From: an uncultured cyanobacterium
Lineage (GTDB): Bacteria > Cyanobacteriota > Cyanobacteriia > PCC-6307 > Cyanobiaceae
Assembly: GCA_963697335.1 (NCBI GenBank)
Contig: CAVONQ010000002.1
Coordinates: forward strand, 96,001 to 160,000
Reading direction: 5' to 3'
Length of the DNA: 64,000 nt
The notes beneath the pieces are model-generated. The model had not been told where the DNA came from. It worked only from the letters and a program-made list of their open reading frames with translations, and ran no database searches. Within the stretch, counting starts at the first letter, position 1, and each line of letters starts with the position of its first letter. This document shows, in pieces, positions 10,191 through 20,477 of the stretch. The translations under genes were made by a program, and so were the position numbers.

Positions 10191-10938
10191 ATCGCTGCCA
10201 GCGCACTTGTTCGATCGTGCCCAGCGGTCGCCTGGGCTGGCCTGGCGGCTCCACTTCCACCAGGTCCGGCCGGCCGGCCAGCACCTGAAGGTCCGCCTCA
10301 AGCGGGAAGGATTGCTTCCCCTGCAGAGTGCCGCGGAACAGGGTGGTTCCGTCGGCGCTGCGTACTTCCAGCCAGCTCGGTTGCTCGGCCCGCAGCAGCA
10401 GTTGGCCGGCTCCAGCGGCGCCGGTGCTTGCTGGGGTCGAGGGGGCTGCTGCTGGTTGGGGCGTGTTGGCTGGGGCCTGGGCGGTGCCGCCGCCGCCATC
10501 AGGGGCCACCAGCCTCTGGTAGCCGGCAAGGCCAGCGGCGGAGAGCGCGACCAGCAGTCCAGCCGCAGCCATGGCCAGGGGCCATCGGGCCTTTCGGGTG
10601 GCCCGGCCTGGGGCTGGGGCCATCGCCTGCGGTTGGACTGGGCTGCTGGACGCTTCAGCAGGGGGCGGGCTGGCTTTTCGGCCCTGAAGGCTGGTCCGCA
10701 GCGCCTGGATTTCAGGATCGATCGACACGCCGAGGGCCGAGGCCACCCGCCGGGCCTGGGCGATCACGAACACCGGTTCGGGCAGGCCGTTCGGATCGGC
10801 GTCCTCCAGGCTCTGGAGTTGCTCACGGCCCATGTGCAGGCGGTCGGCCAGATCTTGGAGGCTCAGCCCCCGGCGCAGCCTGGCCTGCTGCAGGCACGAG
10901 GCCAGCCGTTGCAGATCGGACGTGGGGTCTGCGCTCAT
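10171..10938 (-). CDS. rodZ: RodZ-family helix-turn-helix membrane protein
   Basis: N-terminal HTH (LQQARLRRGLSLQDLADRL..LE...LPEPVF), one TM helix, C-terminal PSWLEVR...GRPD domain. Confidence 0.8.
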   Translation of the reverse strand: MSADPTSDLQRLASCLQQARLRRGLSLQDLADRLHMGREQLQSLEDADPNGLPEPVFVIAQARRVASALGVSIDPEIQALRTSLQGRKASPPPAEASSSPVQPQAMAPAPGRATRKARWPLAMAAAGLLVALSAAGLAGYQRLVAPDGGGGTAQAPANTPQPAAAPSTPASTGAAGAGQLLLRAEQPSWLEVRSADGTTLFRGTLQGKQSFPLEADLQVLAGRPDLVEVEPPGQPRRPLGTIEQVRWQRFRAPAP

Positions 10939-11121
10939 GGCAGCAAGGGATCCAGGGGGGCGGCGGGTACGGGCGCCGATTCAGCCCCGGAACCAGAATG
11001 GTGCAGATTCTGCAGGGAATGGCTGCCTACTGACAACAGAGGTGTCTTTGCAAGGCACCAGAGCTGACGAAAGCCAACAACGCTGGCCATTCCTAAGCCC
11101 CCGGCCGGGGGGGCACTGACA

Positions 11122-11193
<72 letters not shown>

Positions 11194-11255
11194 GTTGATC
11201 CGGTCCAGACCCTGCGGATCGGGAACCGTGCTGGGAGCTTAAAACACCGCCGGGA

Positions 11256-11306
11256 CCTGTGCCTGCCGGCATCAGCCAACCCCTGTGCCTGCCGGCATCA
11301 GCCAAC
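11256..11306 (+). repeat. tandem direct repeat, 2 x 25 bp (CCTGTGCCTGCCGGCATCAGCCAAC)
   Basis: Identical copies at 11256-11280 and 11282-11306, ending directly before ATG 11307. Confidence 0.9.
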
Positions 11307-12830
11307 ATGGTGTGCAGTCCGGATGTGCCCGTGAGCAGCGCCCCTCAGTTTCTGCACGCCGCCGCTGGCCAGTCTCCGGGCGCGGCAGACGAGAGCGTGG
11401 ATGTGCTGATCGTGGGCGGCGGCGTGTGCGGCACGGCCCTGCTGTTCGAGCTTGCCCGCTACACCGACCTGGGCCGGGTTGCCCTGGTGGAGCGCTACGA
11501 CTCCCTGGCCAGCGTCAACTCCCGCGCCACCAACAACAGCCAGACGATCCACTGTGGCGACATCGAGACCAACTACACGCTGGAGAAGGCCCTGAAGGTG
11601 AAGCGCACCGCCGAGATGATCGTGCGCTACGCCGAGTTGCTCGACACCGCCAGCCGGGGGCGCTGTGTGTTCCGCACACCGAAGATGGTGCTCGGGGTGG
11701 GACCCGAGGAGTGCACCCTGTTGCGAGAGCGCTACAAGCGCTTCTCGCCCCATTTCCCGGCCATGGAGCTGCTCGATGCCAAAGCGATCGCAGCTTGGGA
11801 GCCCAGGGTCGCCCTGCTGAACGGCCAGCCGCGCCCTGAGGAGCTGGTGGCGATCGGTATTCGGGGCAGCTACACCGCCGTCGACTACGAGGCCCTCTCG
11901 GCCTCCTTCGTGGCCGAGGCCCGCGCCGCAGTGAAGGGCAGCGACCGCCAGCTGGACCTCCAGCTGGGCACCACCGTGGCGGCGATCACGCCCGAGGGGG
12001 AGGGCTTCCGGGTGCTGCTCACCCCCACCCCGGGCTGCGCCGCGGCGGCAGGCCAGGCGGACCGGCAGCTGTGGGCTCGCCATGTGGTGGTGAATGCGGG
12101 AGCCCACAGCCTGCTGATGGCCCAGCAGATGGGCTACGGCCTCGAGTACTCCTGCCTGCCCGTGGCCGGCAGCTTCTACTTCACCCCAGATCTGCTCAAC
12201 GGCAAGGTCTACACCGTTCAGAACGACAAGCTCCCCTTCGCGGCCATCCACGGCGATCCGGATGTGCGGGCACCGGGCAAGACCCGTTTCGGCCCCACGG
12301 CCCTGCCGCTGCCGCTGCTGGAGCGCTACCGCCTGGCCTCCTTCTGGGAGTTCCTCAAGGTGCTGCGCCTGGACTGGGCCGTGCTGGCCGTGGCCTGGCA
12401 GCTGCTGCGGGTGGGTGACATCCGTCGCTACATCCTCAGGAACCTGTTGTTTGAAGTGCCCTGGCTGAGGCGGCGCCTGTTCCTGGCCGATGCCCGCAAG
12501 ATCGTGCCTGGCATGCAGCTCGATGACCTGCGCTTTGCCGAGGGTTACGGCGGGGTGCGTCCCCAGCTGATCGACAAGCGCCAGCGTCGCCTGCTGCTCG
12601 GGGAAGCCAGCATCCCCGCCCGCCCCGGACTGGTGTTCAACGTGACGCCCTCCCCCGGCGGCAGCTGCTGCCTGGGCAATGCCGCCCGCGACCTGGAGCA
12701 GATCGTGGCGCGGCTGGGCTGCGGCTTCGATCGGGCCAGGCTGGAGCGGGAGCTGCACGGTGCGGCAGAGGCCTCTGGCCCCGCGGCAGCCTCAGGCTCC
12801 GCCGCGGAAGAGGTGGTGGTGGCTGGCTGA
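11307..12830 (+). CDS. mqo: FAD-dependent oxidoreductase, probable malate:quinone oxidoreductase (Helicobacter/Campylobacter type)
   Basis: VGGGVCG FAD motif; NNSQTIHCGDIETNY, GKVYTVQNDKLPFAAIHGDPD, GYGGVRPQ and TPSPGGS motifs; exact start uncertain. Confidence 0.75.
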   Translation: MVCSPDVPVSSAPQFLHAAAGQSPGAADESVDVLIVGGGVCGTALLFELARYTDLGRVALVERYDSLASVNSRATNNSQTIHCGDIETNYTLEKALKVKRTAEMIVRYAELLDTASRGRCVFRTPKMVLGVGPEECTLLRERYKRFSPHFPAMELLDAKAIAAWEPRVALLNGQPRPEELVAIGIRGSYTAVDYEALSASFVAEARAAVKGSDRQLDLQLGTTVAAITPEGEGFRVLLTPTPGCAAAAGQADRQLWARHVVVNAGAHSLLMAQQMGYGLEYSCLPVAGSFYFTPDLLNGKVYTVQNDKLPFAAIHGDPDVRAPGKTRFGPTALPLPLLERYRLASFWEFLKVLRLDWAVLAVAWQLLRVGDIRRYILRNLLFEVPWLRRRLFLADARKIVPGMQLDDLRFAEGYGGVRPQLIDKRQRRLLLGEASIPARPGLVFNVTPSPGGSCCLGNAARDLEQIVARLGCGFDRARLERELHGAAEASGPAAASGSAAEEVVVAG

Positions 12831-13556
12831 GTACAGCTTGGAGCGGGCCTCGGCACTGGCGGCCAGGGCCGGGCTCACCACGTAGAGGGTGGTGCGGATC
12901 AGGCCGCGCTCCTCACTGGCCTGGGCCATGGCCTTGAGGGGCACCACCTGCAGCCACTGGTCCGGCCAGCTCACCCGGTAGCCGATCGCCACAGGGGTTT
13001 CCGGGGGGTAGTGCTGCAGCAGTTCCTGCTGCACCTCCTGAACGTGGCGGGCACTGAGGTAGAGGCAGAGCGAGGCCCCCAGGGCCGCCAGTCGGCCCAG
13101 GGATTCCTTTTCAGGCACGCCGGTGCGCCCGCCGGCGCGTCCGAGCACGATCGTCTGCACCAGACCTGGAATGGTGAGCTCCTGCTGCAGGGCGGCAGCT
13201 GTGGCCTGGTAGGCGCTGAGACCGGGTACCACCTCCACGGCCAGCTGGGCGTCCGCCAGCCGGCAGATCTGCTCGTGCAGGGCGCCGTAAAGGCAGGGGT
13301 CGCCATCGTGCAGGCGCACCACCTGCTTCCCCGCTGCGGCCCGCTCCTGCACCAGCGCCATCACCTCCTCGAGAGTGAGGGTGCTGGTGCGGATGCGCTC
13401 GCAGCCCTCGGGGGCCAGGGCCGCGATCTCCGGGCTCACCAGCGAGTCGGTCCACACCAGCACCTCGGCCTGCTCGATGGCCCGCAGGGCCCTGAGGGTG
13501 AGCAGGTCCACGGCACCGGGACCGGCCCCCACGATCGACACGCGCGGCGGCGTCAC
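12792..13556 (-). CDS. cobM: precorrin-4 C11-methyltransferase
   Basis: [35 protein letters not shown] and RSKLY motifs. Confidence 0.93.
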   Translation of the reverse strand: MTPPRVSIVGAGPGAVDLLTLRALRAIEQAEVLVWTDSLVSPEIAALAPEGCERIRTSTLTLEEVMALVQERAAAGKQVVRLHDGDPCLYGALHEQICRLADAQLAVEVVPGLSAYQATAAALQQELTIPGLVQTIVLGRAGGRTGVPEKESLGRLAALGASLCLYLSARHVQEVQQELLQHYPPETPVAIGYRVSWPDQWLQVVPLKAMAQASEERGLIRTTLYVVSPALAASAEARSKLYSASHHHLFRGGA

Positions 13557-14404
13557 TGCACCACCCCACTGGGGTCAGGCAGGCGGCGCTGACGGCCGTA
13601 GAGCCACCACAGGCCGAGGCCGCCCAGAGCAATCAGCAGCAGGCTCACCACCTGGGCCATGCGCAGACCCCCCTCGCAGAAGGGCGGTTGGGAGAACAGA
13701 CAGAGCGGATCGATGCGCAGGCCCTCGATCCATACCCTGCCGGCGCTGTAGGCCATCAGGTAGATGCAGCTGAGGCTGCCGGCCGGCAGGGAGATCCTGC
13801 CCTTCTGCCCCTGGCGGAACAGCAGCAGCAACAGCACGCACACGCCCAGGTTCCAGAGCGATTCGTACAGGAAGGTGGGATGGAAGTCCACCTGATCCAG
13901 AAACTCGGTGGGACGGTTTGCCAGGGGAATGCGCAGCTTCCAGGGCAGGTCGGTGGGCAGGCCGAAGGCCTCGGAGTTGAAGAAGTTGCCCCAGCGGCCG
14001 ATCGCCTGGCCCAGGGCCACGGCCGGCATCAGCACGTCGAGCAGGGGCCAGAAGGGCTGGCGACGCCAGCGGCAATAGAGCACGGTGGTGAGGCTGCCGC
14101 CGATCAGGGCCCCGTGGATGGCGATGCCACCCCGCCAGATCGCCAGGGCTTCGACCCAGTTGCCCTCGTACTGGCGCCATTCGAGCAGCACGTAGTAGAT
14201 CCTGGCGCCGATCACGGCCCCCAGCACCAGCAGGGGCAGCAGGTCGGCGATCAGGGTGGGCTCGATGCCCCGCTGCTGGCCGAGCCGGGTGGCCAGGCTG
14301 AGGCCGGCCAGCACCGCCAGGGCAATCAGCAGGCCGTACCAGCGCACGGAAAGGGGGCCCAGCTGGAACACCAGGGGCCCCGGGGAGGTGAACACAAGAA
14401 ACAC
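13553..14404 (-). CDS. lgt: prolipoprotein diacylglyceryl transferase
   Basis: [33 protein letters not shown] and HPTFLYES motifs; start approximate. Confidence 0.95.
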   Translation of the reverse strand: MFLVFTSPGPLVFQLGPLSVRWYGLLIALAVLAGLSLATRLGQQRGIEPTLIADLLPLLVLGAVIGARIYYVLLEWRQYEGNWVEALAIWRGGIAIHGALIGGSLTTVLYCRWRRQPFWPLLDVLMPAVALGQAIGRWGNFFNSEAFGLPTDLPWKLRIPLANRPTEFLDQVDFHPTFLYESLWNLGVCVLLLLLFRQGQKGRISLPAGSLSCIYLMAYSAGRVWIEGLRIDPLCLFSQPPFCEGGLRMAQVVSLLLIALGGLGLWWLYGRQRRLPDPSGVVQ

Positions 14405-14441
14405 GTTCAAGGGCCTGATGAGGGGCTCGGCGCCAACCAGC

Positions 14442-15377
14442 TCAGACAATGCCTTCGGCGGCCTGCACACGCTCCACCTGGCGCTTCTTCAGCACCAGGA
14501 AGATCTGGGCCACGGCAATGGCTGCGAAGAACGCCAGCATGCCGTAGATCCGCACGGGATCCTGCAGCACCACCTCGGTGTCGATCTGCCCGAAGCCACC
14601 CACGTTGGGGTCGTTGGTGAGGGCGGCGCCGGCGGCCACGGTCTCACCGACGACGGCGGTCACGGTGGGGCCGGCCGGGATGGTCTCGCTCACGACAGAG
14701 CCGTCAGCCGTGGTGATCTCCACCACGGTGGCGCCGCCCTCAGCGGCAGTCACAGCGGAGACGGTGCCGGCGGCCGTGGCGTTGAACACCGTGTTGTTCG
14801 ACTTCTCACCGGTGGGATACACCTGGCCGCGGCCCCGGTTGCCGCCCACGTGCAGTTGGTATTTGCCGAAGTGGATGCTGCTGTCCTGGGCGGGATCGGG
14901 GGAGAGCAGGGGGAACACGATCTCCTGGTGCTGGTCACCAGGCAGGGGACCCACGAGCAGGATGTTGGGTTGGTCGTCGGAATATTGGGTGTAGTAGATG
15001 CCCGCCGTTTCCTGCTTGAGCTCCTCACTGAGGCGGTCCTGGGGGGCCAGGGTGAAGCCATCGGGGAGCATGACCACGGCACCCACATTCAGGCCGGTGC
15101 CGCTGCCATCGCCGGACAGCTGTTGCACCGAGGTGTCGTAGGGGATCTCGACCACGGCCTTGAACACCGTGTCAGGGAAGACGGCCTGGGGCAGTTCGAT
15201 GCGGGTGGCCTTCTTGGCCAGGTGGCAGTTGGCGCAGACCAGCTTGCCCGTGGCTTCACGGGGGCTGTCGTAGTTCTGCTGGGCCCAGAAGGGGTAGGCC
15301 CAGCTGGGGGAGGCGGCACCGAGCAGCACGGTGACGCTCAGCAGGCAACCGAGCAGCAGGGAGAGGGAGCGACGCAT
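14442..15377 (-). CDS. petA: cytochrome f
   Basis: Signal peptide, then YPFWAQQNY...[27 protein letters not shown]-terminal TM helix. Confidence 0.98.
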   Translation of the reverse strand: MRRSLSLLLGCLLSVTVLLGAASPSWAYPFWAQQNYDSPREATGKLVCANCHLAKKATRIELPQAVFPDTVFKAVVEIPYDTSVQQLSGDGSGTGLNVGAVVMLPDGFTLAPQDRLSEELKQETAGIYYTQYSDDQPNILLVGPLPGDQHQEIVFPLLSPDPAQDSSIHFGKYQLHVGGNRGRGQVYPTGEKSNNTVFNATAAGTVSAVTAAEGGATVVEITTADGSVVSETIPAGPTVTAVVGETVAAGAALTNDPNVGGFGQIDTEVVLQDPVRIYGMLAFFAAIAVAQIFLVLKKRQVERVQAAEGIV

Positions 15378-15414
15378 CAGGGGAGGGGCGACAGGGGCGA
15401 ACGGGGAAAGCGGA

Positions 15415-15963
15415 TCAGGCCCACCAGGGCTTGTCGCCGTTTCGGAAGTCGGTTTCAGTCCACTGGCTGAGGAACACGTTGTCGTCTTCGACCGAGACGT
15501 GGGCCAGGGCCAGGGAGAGGGGTGCCGGTCCGCGCACCACCTTGCCGGTGGCGTCGTACTGGGAGCCGTGGCAGGGGCAGATGAACTTGTTCTGGCCGCC
15601 GTTCCAGGGCACCACACAGCCCAGGTGGGTGCAGATGGCATTGATGCCGTAGCTGCCGATGGCGTCGTCACCCTCCACGATCAGGTAGGTGGGATCGCCC
15701 TTGAGGCCCTGCACCAGGCTGCGGTCCCCTTCCTTGTGGGTGCTCAGCCAGCCGCTGCCGGTGACGGCATTGCCGAGTTCATCCTTGGCGGACGTTCCCC
15801 CACCACTGCCGGCGGCCTTGGGCGGGATGAAGTAGTTGACCACCGGGTAGAGCGCCCCGAGGGCCACGCCCGTGAGGGAGCCGAAGGTCAGCAGGTTCAT
15901 GAACTGCCGACGGCCCATTCCGGGCACATCACCGCTCGAAGCACTCGCTGGCATCTGGGTCAT
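15415..15963 (-). CDS. petC: cytochrome b6f Rieske iron-sulfur subunit
   Basis: Tat motif [15 protein letters not shown] and CPCHGSQY Rieske boxes. Confidence 0.98.
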   Translation of the reverse strand: MTQMPASASSGDVPGMGRRQFMNLLTFGSLTGVALGALYPVVNYFIPPKAAGSGGGTSAKDELGNAVTGSGWLSTHKEGDRSLVQGLKGDPTYLIVEGDDAIGSYGINAICTHLGCVVPWNGGQNKFICPCHGSQYDATGKVVRGPAPLSLALAHVSVEDDNVFLSQWTETDFRNGDKPWWA

Positions 15964-16125
15964 ACAGGGCGGCCTGGAAGCCACAGCAACGTGGCGGCCA
16001 CCCTAAGACCTGACTCCACCTGAGCCAGGCTGCCAACGGGGCCTGGCGGGGGCTCTGCAACAACCCGTTGCGGATTTCGGTCTCGCCCTGGAATCCCTGG
16101 TACTGGCATAGGGGCCTGAGCGTCA

Positions 16126-16461
16126 GTGGTTGTGGATCCCTCTTCTCCCCTCAGCGCCGAGGAGCTGCTGGGCCTGCTGCGCCGGCGCTGGCAGGCCAGC
16201 TATGACCTGCAGCTGGTGCAGCGGCGCGGACGCCTCTACCTCCAGGTGATGTGGGCCTACCTGGAACAGCAGTCGTTCCCGCTCACGGCCGAGGACTACG
16301 GGGCCAAGCTGGAGGAGCTCACGGGCCTGCTGAATGGACTCGGGGTGGCGGGCCAGGTGCGCGCCTGGCTGGAGACCACCTCCGACAAGCCCAGGCTGGG
16401 CCGGGCCCTGGGCCTGGCCCTGGAGCTGCCGCCGGAGCGGGCCAGCGAGTTCTTTCTCTGA
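16126..16461 (+). CDS. DUF3067-family protein
   Basis: RWQASYDLQL..RRGRLYLQVMWAYLEQQSFPL...KPRLGRA motif. Confidence 0.8.
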   Translation: MVVDPSSPLSAEELLGLLRRRWQASYDLQLVQRRGRLYLQVMWAYLEQQSFPLTAEDYGAKLEELTGLLNGLGVAGQVRAWLETTSDKPRLGRALGLALELPPERASEFFL

Positions 16462-16471
16462 GGGGCGCGGC

Positions 16472-17311
16472 TCAGGGCCCGGCCGGCCAGGCGCGCAGCC
16501 GCTCGGTGAAGGCCACCAGGCCCACGCCCACCAGGTAGAGGGCGCTGATCGCCCCGGTGAGCAGCAGCATCGTCACCGGATCGGTGGAGGGGGTGAGCAC
16601 GGCTCCAGCCAGGGCCGCCAGCAGCACCACCCAGCGCCAGCCCGAGAGCATGGCGCGGGAGCGCACCAGCCCCAGGGCGCCCAGCAATAGCTGCAGCACC
16701 GGCAACTGGAAGGCCAGGGCCGTGGCCACCATCAGCAGCAGCACGAAGTCGAGATAGCGCTCGATCGACCAGCTCGGCTCCACCACGTCGGCGCCGTAGC
16801 TGACCAGAAAGCGCAGGGCGGCGGGCACCAGGGCCCACCAGGCGAAGGCCAGGCCGGCGGCGAACAGCACCGCCGAGCCCGCCACCGCGGGCGCCACCAG
16901 GCGCCGTTCCCGGCGGTTCAAGCCCGGCAACACGAAGGCCAGCCCCTCGTAGAGCACGTAGGGGAGGGCCAGGGTGAGCCCGGCGTAGCCCGCCACCTTC
17001 AGGGACACGAACAGAAACTCCCCCGGCGCCAGCTGCAGGAAGCGGATGCCCTCGGCCGGCATCTCCAGCAGCCGCACCAGGGGTTTGACGAACACCAGGC
17101 ACAGGGCCGCCCCCGCCAGCAGTGCCAGCAGGGCCCGCAGGACGCGGCGCCGCAGCTCCTCGATGTGGTCCACCAGGCTCATCTCCACCTCGCCGGGGAA
17201 CTCGTCGCCTGGCGGCGCTGGCCGGGGCTCCCGCTTCCCCTTGCCGGCCTCGATTCGGATCGGCGCTGGTGGCCCGGGACGGCCGGGATCCTGGGGGGAG
17301 GTGTCCGTCAT
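16472..17311 (-). CDS. tatC: twin-arginine translocase subunit TatC
   Basis: EMSLVDHIEELRRR, APGEFLF, FVLPGL..RERR, FQLP and TPSTDP motifs. Confidence 0.95.
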   Translation of the reverse strand: MTDTSPQDPGRPGPPAPIRIEAGKGKREPRPAPPGDEFPGEVEMSLVDHIEELRRRVLRALLALLAGAALCLVFVKPLVRLLEMPAEGIRFLQLAPGEFLFVSLKVAGYAGLTLALPYVLYEGLAFVLPGLNRRERRLVAPAVAGSAVLFAAGLAFAWWALVPAALRFLVSYGADVVEPSWSIERYLDFVLLLMVATALAFQLPVLQLLLGALGLVRSRAMLSGWRWVVLLAALAGAVLTPSTDPVTMLLLTGAISALYLVGVGLVAFTERLRAWPAGP

Positions 17312-19032
17312 GGTGGCCCTGCTGCCAGCAGGCTAAGAGCCCGCTCCGGTTCCCCCCAGAGCAGGCTGCCGCCGCGGTGCCGCACCGTGCCGGGGGCGGC
17401 ACCTGGAATCCGCTGCAGCTCCGCGGTGGGCACCATCAGCACGGGCACCCGGCGGTTGCCCCGCCCGCGGCTGAAGTGGGCCGCCAGATCGGCTGCGGCC
17501 TGCAGATCGTCCTCCCCCGCCGCTGCCGCCGAGCTGCGCAGCACCACGTGGCTGCCCGGCAGCTCCTGGGCATGGAACCAGAGGTCGCCGCGCCGGGCCT
17601 GGCGAAAGGCGATCCACTCGTTCTGGCGGTGGTTGCGTCCCACCTGAACCGTCAGCCCCCCCGGGCTGATCAGCTCGAGGGGTTGGGGCTGCCCCTCCCG
17701 ACCCTGGCCGCTGCCCCGCCGGGACTGCCGGGCCGGTCTGCCGCCGGGGTTGAGGTGCTCCTCCAGATCCCGGCTCAGGCCCTGGAGTGCCTCGAGATCC
17801 TCCGCCTGCTCCAGATAGGTGAGGCTGGCCTCCAGCCAGGCCAGGCGCTGCCCGTGCCAGGCCAGCCGCTCCTGGATGGCCGCCACGGAGCGGCGTCGCC
17901 TGCGGGCCTGTCGGTAGAGCTTCTGGGCGGTGTCGATGCAGCTGCGGCTGGGCTGGAACTGGCTCAGCAGGGCATCGGCCTGCAGTTGCAGGGCCTCGCT
18001 CTCCGGCACGGCATCGAGCAGGGCCTGCTGGCTGGCGGCCTGCTCCTGTTCGCGCCCCAGCAGCCGCTCCAGCTGCTGCTGCAGCTGCCGGCGCTGCTGG
18101 CTCAGGCCCTGCTGGGCCAGGGCATGGCCGTAGAACTCCGCCAGGGCCCGGTTGATCGGCATCGCCGGGCCGGCGGTCGGCGGCGGAGCCGCTGCCGTGG
18201 GGTCAGGCGAAGGGGGCTCCAGCGAAGGGGGTTCGGCGCTCCAGCAGCGGTAGCCCTCGGCGTCGCCGTGCCAGCAGAAGCGCTCGGACTCCACCGCCCC
18301 CAGCCAGGCCTGCCAGCGCTGCCAGAGCTGCTCCCACTGGAGGGGTTGCAGCTCTGCAATCGGCTGCTGCAGCCACTCCTGGGGAGCCAGCTGGCGGGCC
18401 AGGGCCGGGCTGATGCCCTGGTAGGCGCTGCGCAGGGCCCGCTCCAGGGGCAGGGGCAGCAGGGCCACCCGCTGCCGCCAGCGCTCGAAGCTCTCGTTTC
18501 GGCTCGGCGGAGCGCCGTCCAGGGGTGGGGGCGGCAGGTAGGGGTCGCCGGTGCCGATCGGCCGCCGCCGCGACTGGGCCGCCTTCACCTGGCGCCCCAG
18601 GGCCACCACCTGGCGGCCGTCGCCATCGGGCTCCAGCAGCAACAGGTTGCTGTGCCGTCCCATCAGCTCAGCCACCAGCCAGCGCTGCGGAGCCTCGCCG
18701 GGGCGGCGGGCGAAGCCCAGCTCCAGCACCCGCTCCCAGCCGACCTGCTGAAGGCTCACCAGGGCCAGCCCACCGAGCCCGTGCTGCAGCTGCTGGGCCA
18801 GGGTGCTCCCCTCCCCCTGGCGCGGTGGTGGCGCGATGGCATGGGCCCGGGCCGCCTCGGCCTGCCAGCTCAGCTCCAGCCACTGCATCCCCTGCAGGTG
18901 GCGCAGCCCGAGCTGGATCGTGCCCGGGCCCGCCTGCTGGGCCTTTTCCAGGCGACTGGGCAGCAGCAGGCGCCGCCATTCGGCCAGTACCGCCTTGAGG
19001 CTGGTCACATCCTGGGGCTGGAGGCTGGCCAT
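17308..19032 (-). CDS. rqcH: NFACT/RqcH-family (FbpA-like) ribosome quality-control protein
   Basis: [27 protein letters not shown] and [16 protein letters not shown] motifs. Confidence 0.85.
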   Translation of the reverse strand: MASLQPQDVTSLKAVLAEWRRLLLPSRLEKAQQAGPGTIQLGLRHLQGMQWLELSWQAEAARAHAIAPPPRQGEGSTLAQQLQHGLGGLALVSLQQVGWERVLELGFARRPGEAPQRWLVAELMGRHSNLLLLEPDGDGRQVVALGRQVKAAQSRRRPIGTGDPYLPPPPLDGAPPSRNESFERWRQRVALLPLPLERALRSAYQGISPALARQLAPQEWLQQPIAELQPLQWEQLWQRWQAWLGAVESERFCWHGDAEGYRCWSAEPPSLEPPSPDPTAAAPPPTAGPAMPINRALAEFYGHALAQQGLSQQRRQLQQQLERLLGREQEQAASQQALLDAVPESEALQLQADALLSQFQPSRSCIDTAQKLYRQARRRRRSVAAIQERLAWHGQRLAWLEASLTYLEQAEDLEALQGLSRDLEEHLNPGGRPARQSRRGSGQGREGQPQPLELISPGGLTVQVGRNHRQNEWIAFRQARRGDLWFHAQELPGSHVVLRSSAAAAGEDDLQAAADLAAHFSRGRGNRRVPVLMVPTAELQRIPGAAPGTVRHRGGSLLWGEPERALSLLAAGPP

Positions 19033-19093
19033 GGCTGCGCTCCAGCCCATCCGCGTGTGGCTTCTACTCTGCAGCCCTGCCTGCGCGACTTCC

Positions 19094-19675
19094 ATGGCCC
19101 GACTCACCGTGATCACCGGTCCGAGCGGGGTGGGCAAGGGCACGCTGGTGGCGGAGCTGTTGCGGCGCCATCCCGCCATCTGGCTGTCGGTGTCGGCCAC
19201 CACCAGGCCCCCCAGGCCCGGGGAGGAGGAGGGCAGCAGCTACTTCTTCCTCAGCCGAGAGCGCTTCGAGCAGCTGGTGCAGGAGGGGGGATTTCTGGAG
19301 TGGGCCGAGTTTGCCGGCAACCTCTACGGCACGCCGCGGCGGCCGGTGGAGGAGCGCCTGGCGGCGGGGCGATCGGTGCTGCTCGAGATCGAACTGGAGG
19401 GGGCCCGTCAGGTGCGGCGGACCTTCCAGGCTGGCTACCAGCTGTTCATCAAGCCCCCTTCTCTGGAGGAGCTGGAGCGGCGCATCCGTGGGCGTGGCAC
19501 CGATAGCGAGGAGGCGGTCCGCCGCCGGCTGCAGCGGGCCAGGGTGGAACTGGCCGCTGAGGGGGAGTTCGATGCGGTGCTGGTCAACGGCGATCTGGAC
19601 GCGGCCGTGGCTGAGCTGGAAGCGGCCCTTGGCCTGGCCGCGGAGCGACCCGCACCCGATCCAGCCCCAGGCTGA
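19094..19675 (+). CDS. gmk: guanylate kinase
   Basis: [37 protein letters not shown] and LEIELEGA motifs. Confidence 0.96.
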   Translation: MARLTVITGPSGVGKGTLVAELLRRHPAIWLSVSATTRPPRPGEEEGSSYFFLSRERFEQLVQEGGFLEWAEFAGNLYGTPRRPVEERLAAGRSVLLEIELEGARQVRRTFQAGYQLFIKPPSLEELERRIRGRGTDSEEAVRRRLQRARVELAAEGEFDAVLVNGDLDAAVAELEAALGLAAERPAPDPAPG

Positions 19676-19689
19676 CCAGCCCCGCCATC

Positions 19690-19713
19690 AAAAAGCGGCC
19701 CCAGGGGGGCCGC
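19690..19713 (-). terminator. intrinsic terminator of the psaF-psaJ operon
   Basis: GCGGCCCC/GGGGCCGC hairpin followed by a T5 tract on the minus strand; a second hairpin (about 19724-19742) lies just after the psaJ stop. Confidence 0.75.
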
Positions 19714-19743
19714 AGACCGAGGTGAACGGCGAGCCGTCGTTCC

Positions 19744-19860
19744 TCAGAGGGGACGAAGGATCAGGTCAGGGAAGAAGCGGAAAATCTCGATGGTGATCCC
19801 GGCCGTGAGAGTGAACCAGACGGCGGCCACGACGGGGGCGGTGGTGAGGAATTTCTTCAT
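19744..19860 (-). CDS. psaJ: photosystem I subunit IX (not in the ORF track)
   Basis: Translates to [38 protein letters not shown]; lies directly downstream of psaF. Confidence 0.93.
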   Translation of the reverse strand: MKKFLTTAPVVAAVWFTLTAGITIEIFRFFPDLILRPL

Positions 19861-19871
19861 GGTTCCAGGAA

Positions 19872-20369
19872 TCAGCGGGGGGAAACGGTCACTTTGGAAT
19901 CGGCTTCAACCATTTTTCCACCGGTGAACTCCGAGAAGGCTGCCAGGGGCCAGACGGCGGCGGAGAGGGTGGATTTGAACGCCAGGGGCATGTCGATCTG
20001 GATCTCCCGCATGGTGGCGTCCTTGCTGCCGCGGATCGCCATCAGGTAAGAGCGGCCCGCCCAGCCGATCGTGCCAGCGATGTAGAGGAAGAGGAGGCCA
20101 GGGATGAGGAAATCACCGGCATGGCTGAAGCGGCCATCCACGATCAGGCGGGGCAGGCCGTCATCGCCGCAGAGGGCCTGGCTGTACACGTTGAACCGTG
20201 CCTTGGCCTGGTCGGTGCTGGCCGCCGAGGCCCGCTGCTGGAAGCGGGGGCTCTCGGCACAGGGGGTCAGACCTGCCACCGATTCCGTGGCCGAAGCCAT
20301 GGGCGCCAAGCCGATGAGGAGAAAGGCCGAGAGCAGAACCGCACACAGGCGGGGGAGAAGACGTCGCAT
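19872..20369 (-). CDS. psaF: photosystem I subunit III
   Basis: [36 protein letters not shown] and VTVSPR motifs. Confidence 0.97.
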   Translation of the reverse strand: MRRLLPRLCAVLLSAFLLIGLAPMASATESVAGLTPCAESPRFQQRASAASTDQAKARFNVYSQALCGDDGLPRLIVDGRFSHAGDFLIPGLLFLYIAGTIGWAGRSYLMAIRGSKDATMREIQIDMPLAFKSTLSAAVWPLAAFSEFTGGKMVEADSKVTVSPR

Positions 20370-20477
20370 GGAGAGCCTGGGTAGAAGCCGGGAAGAGTGC
20401 CTTGCGGAGCCCTGCATCGGCGTGGGGCCGCAGGGCAGGATGTCACTCGCGGACAGTAGGGGAGCTCCCTGGGCGCC

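Noticed and set aside
11025..11095. Hammerhead ribozyme-like words (CTGACAA, CTGACGA, GAAA)
   Set aside because: The core cannot be assembled: no NUH cleavage triplet in the right place and no stem I partner. Kept only as a generic structured-RNA candidate.
11256..11306. Possible mini-CRISPR array
   Set aside because: Two repeats separated by 1 bp, with no spacer and no cas genes.
17122..19506. 794-aa ORF and many similar Arg/Pro/Gly/Ala-rich ORFs across the window
   Set aside because: Alternate-frame or antisense ORFs over well-supported genes, expected at about 70% GC; no family motifs.
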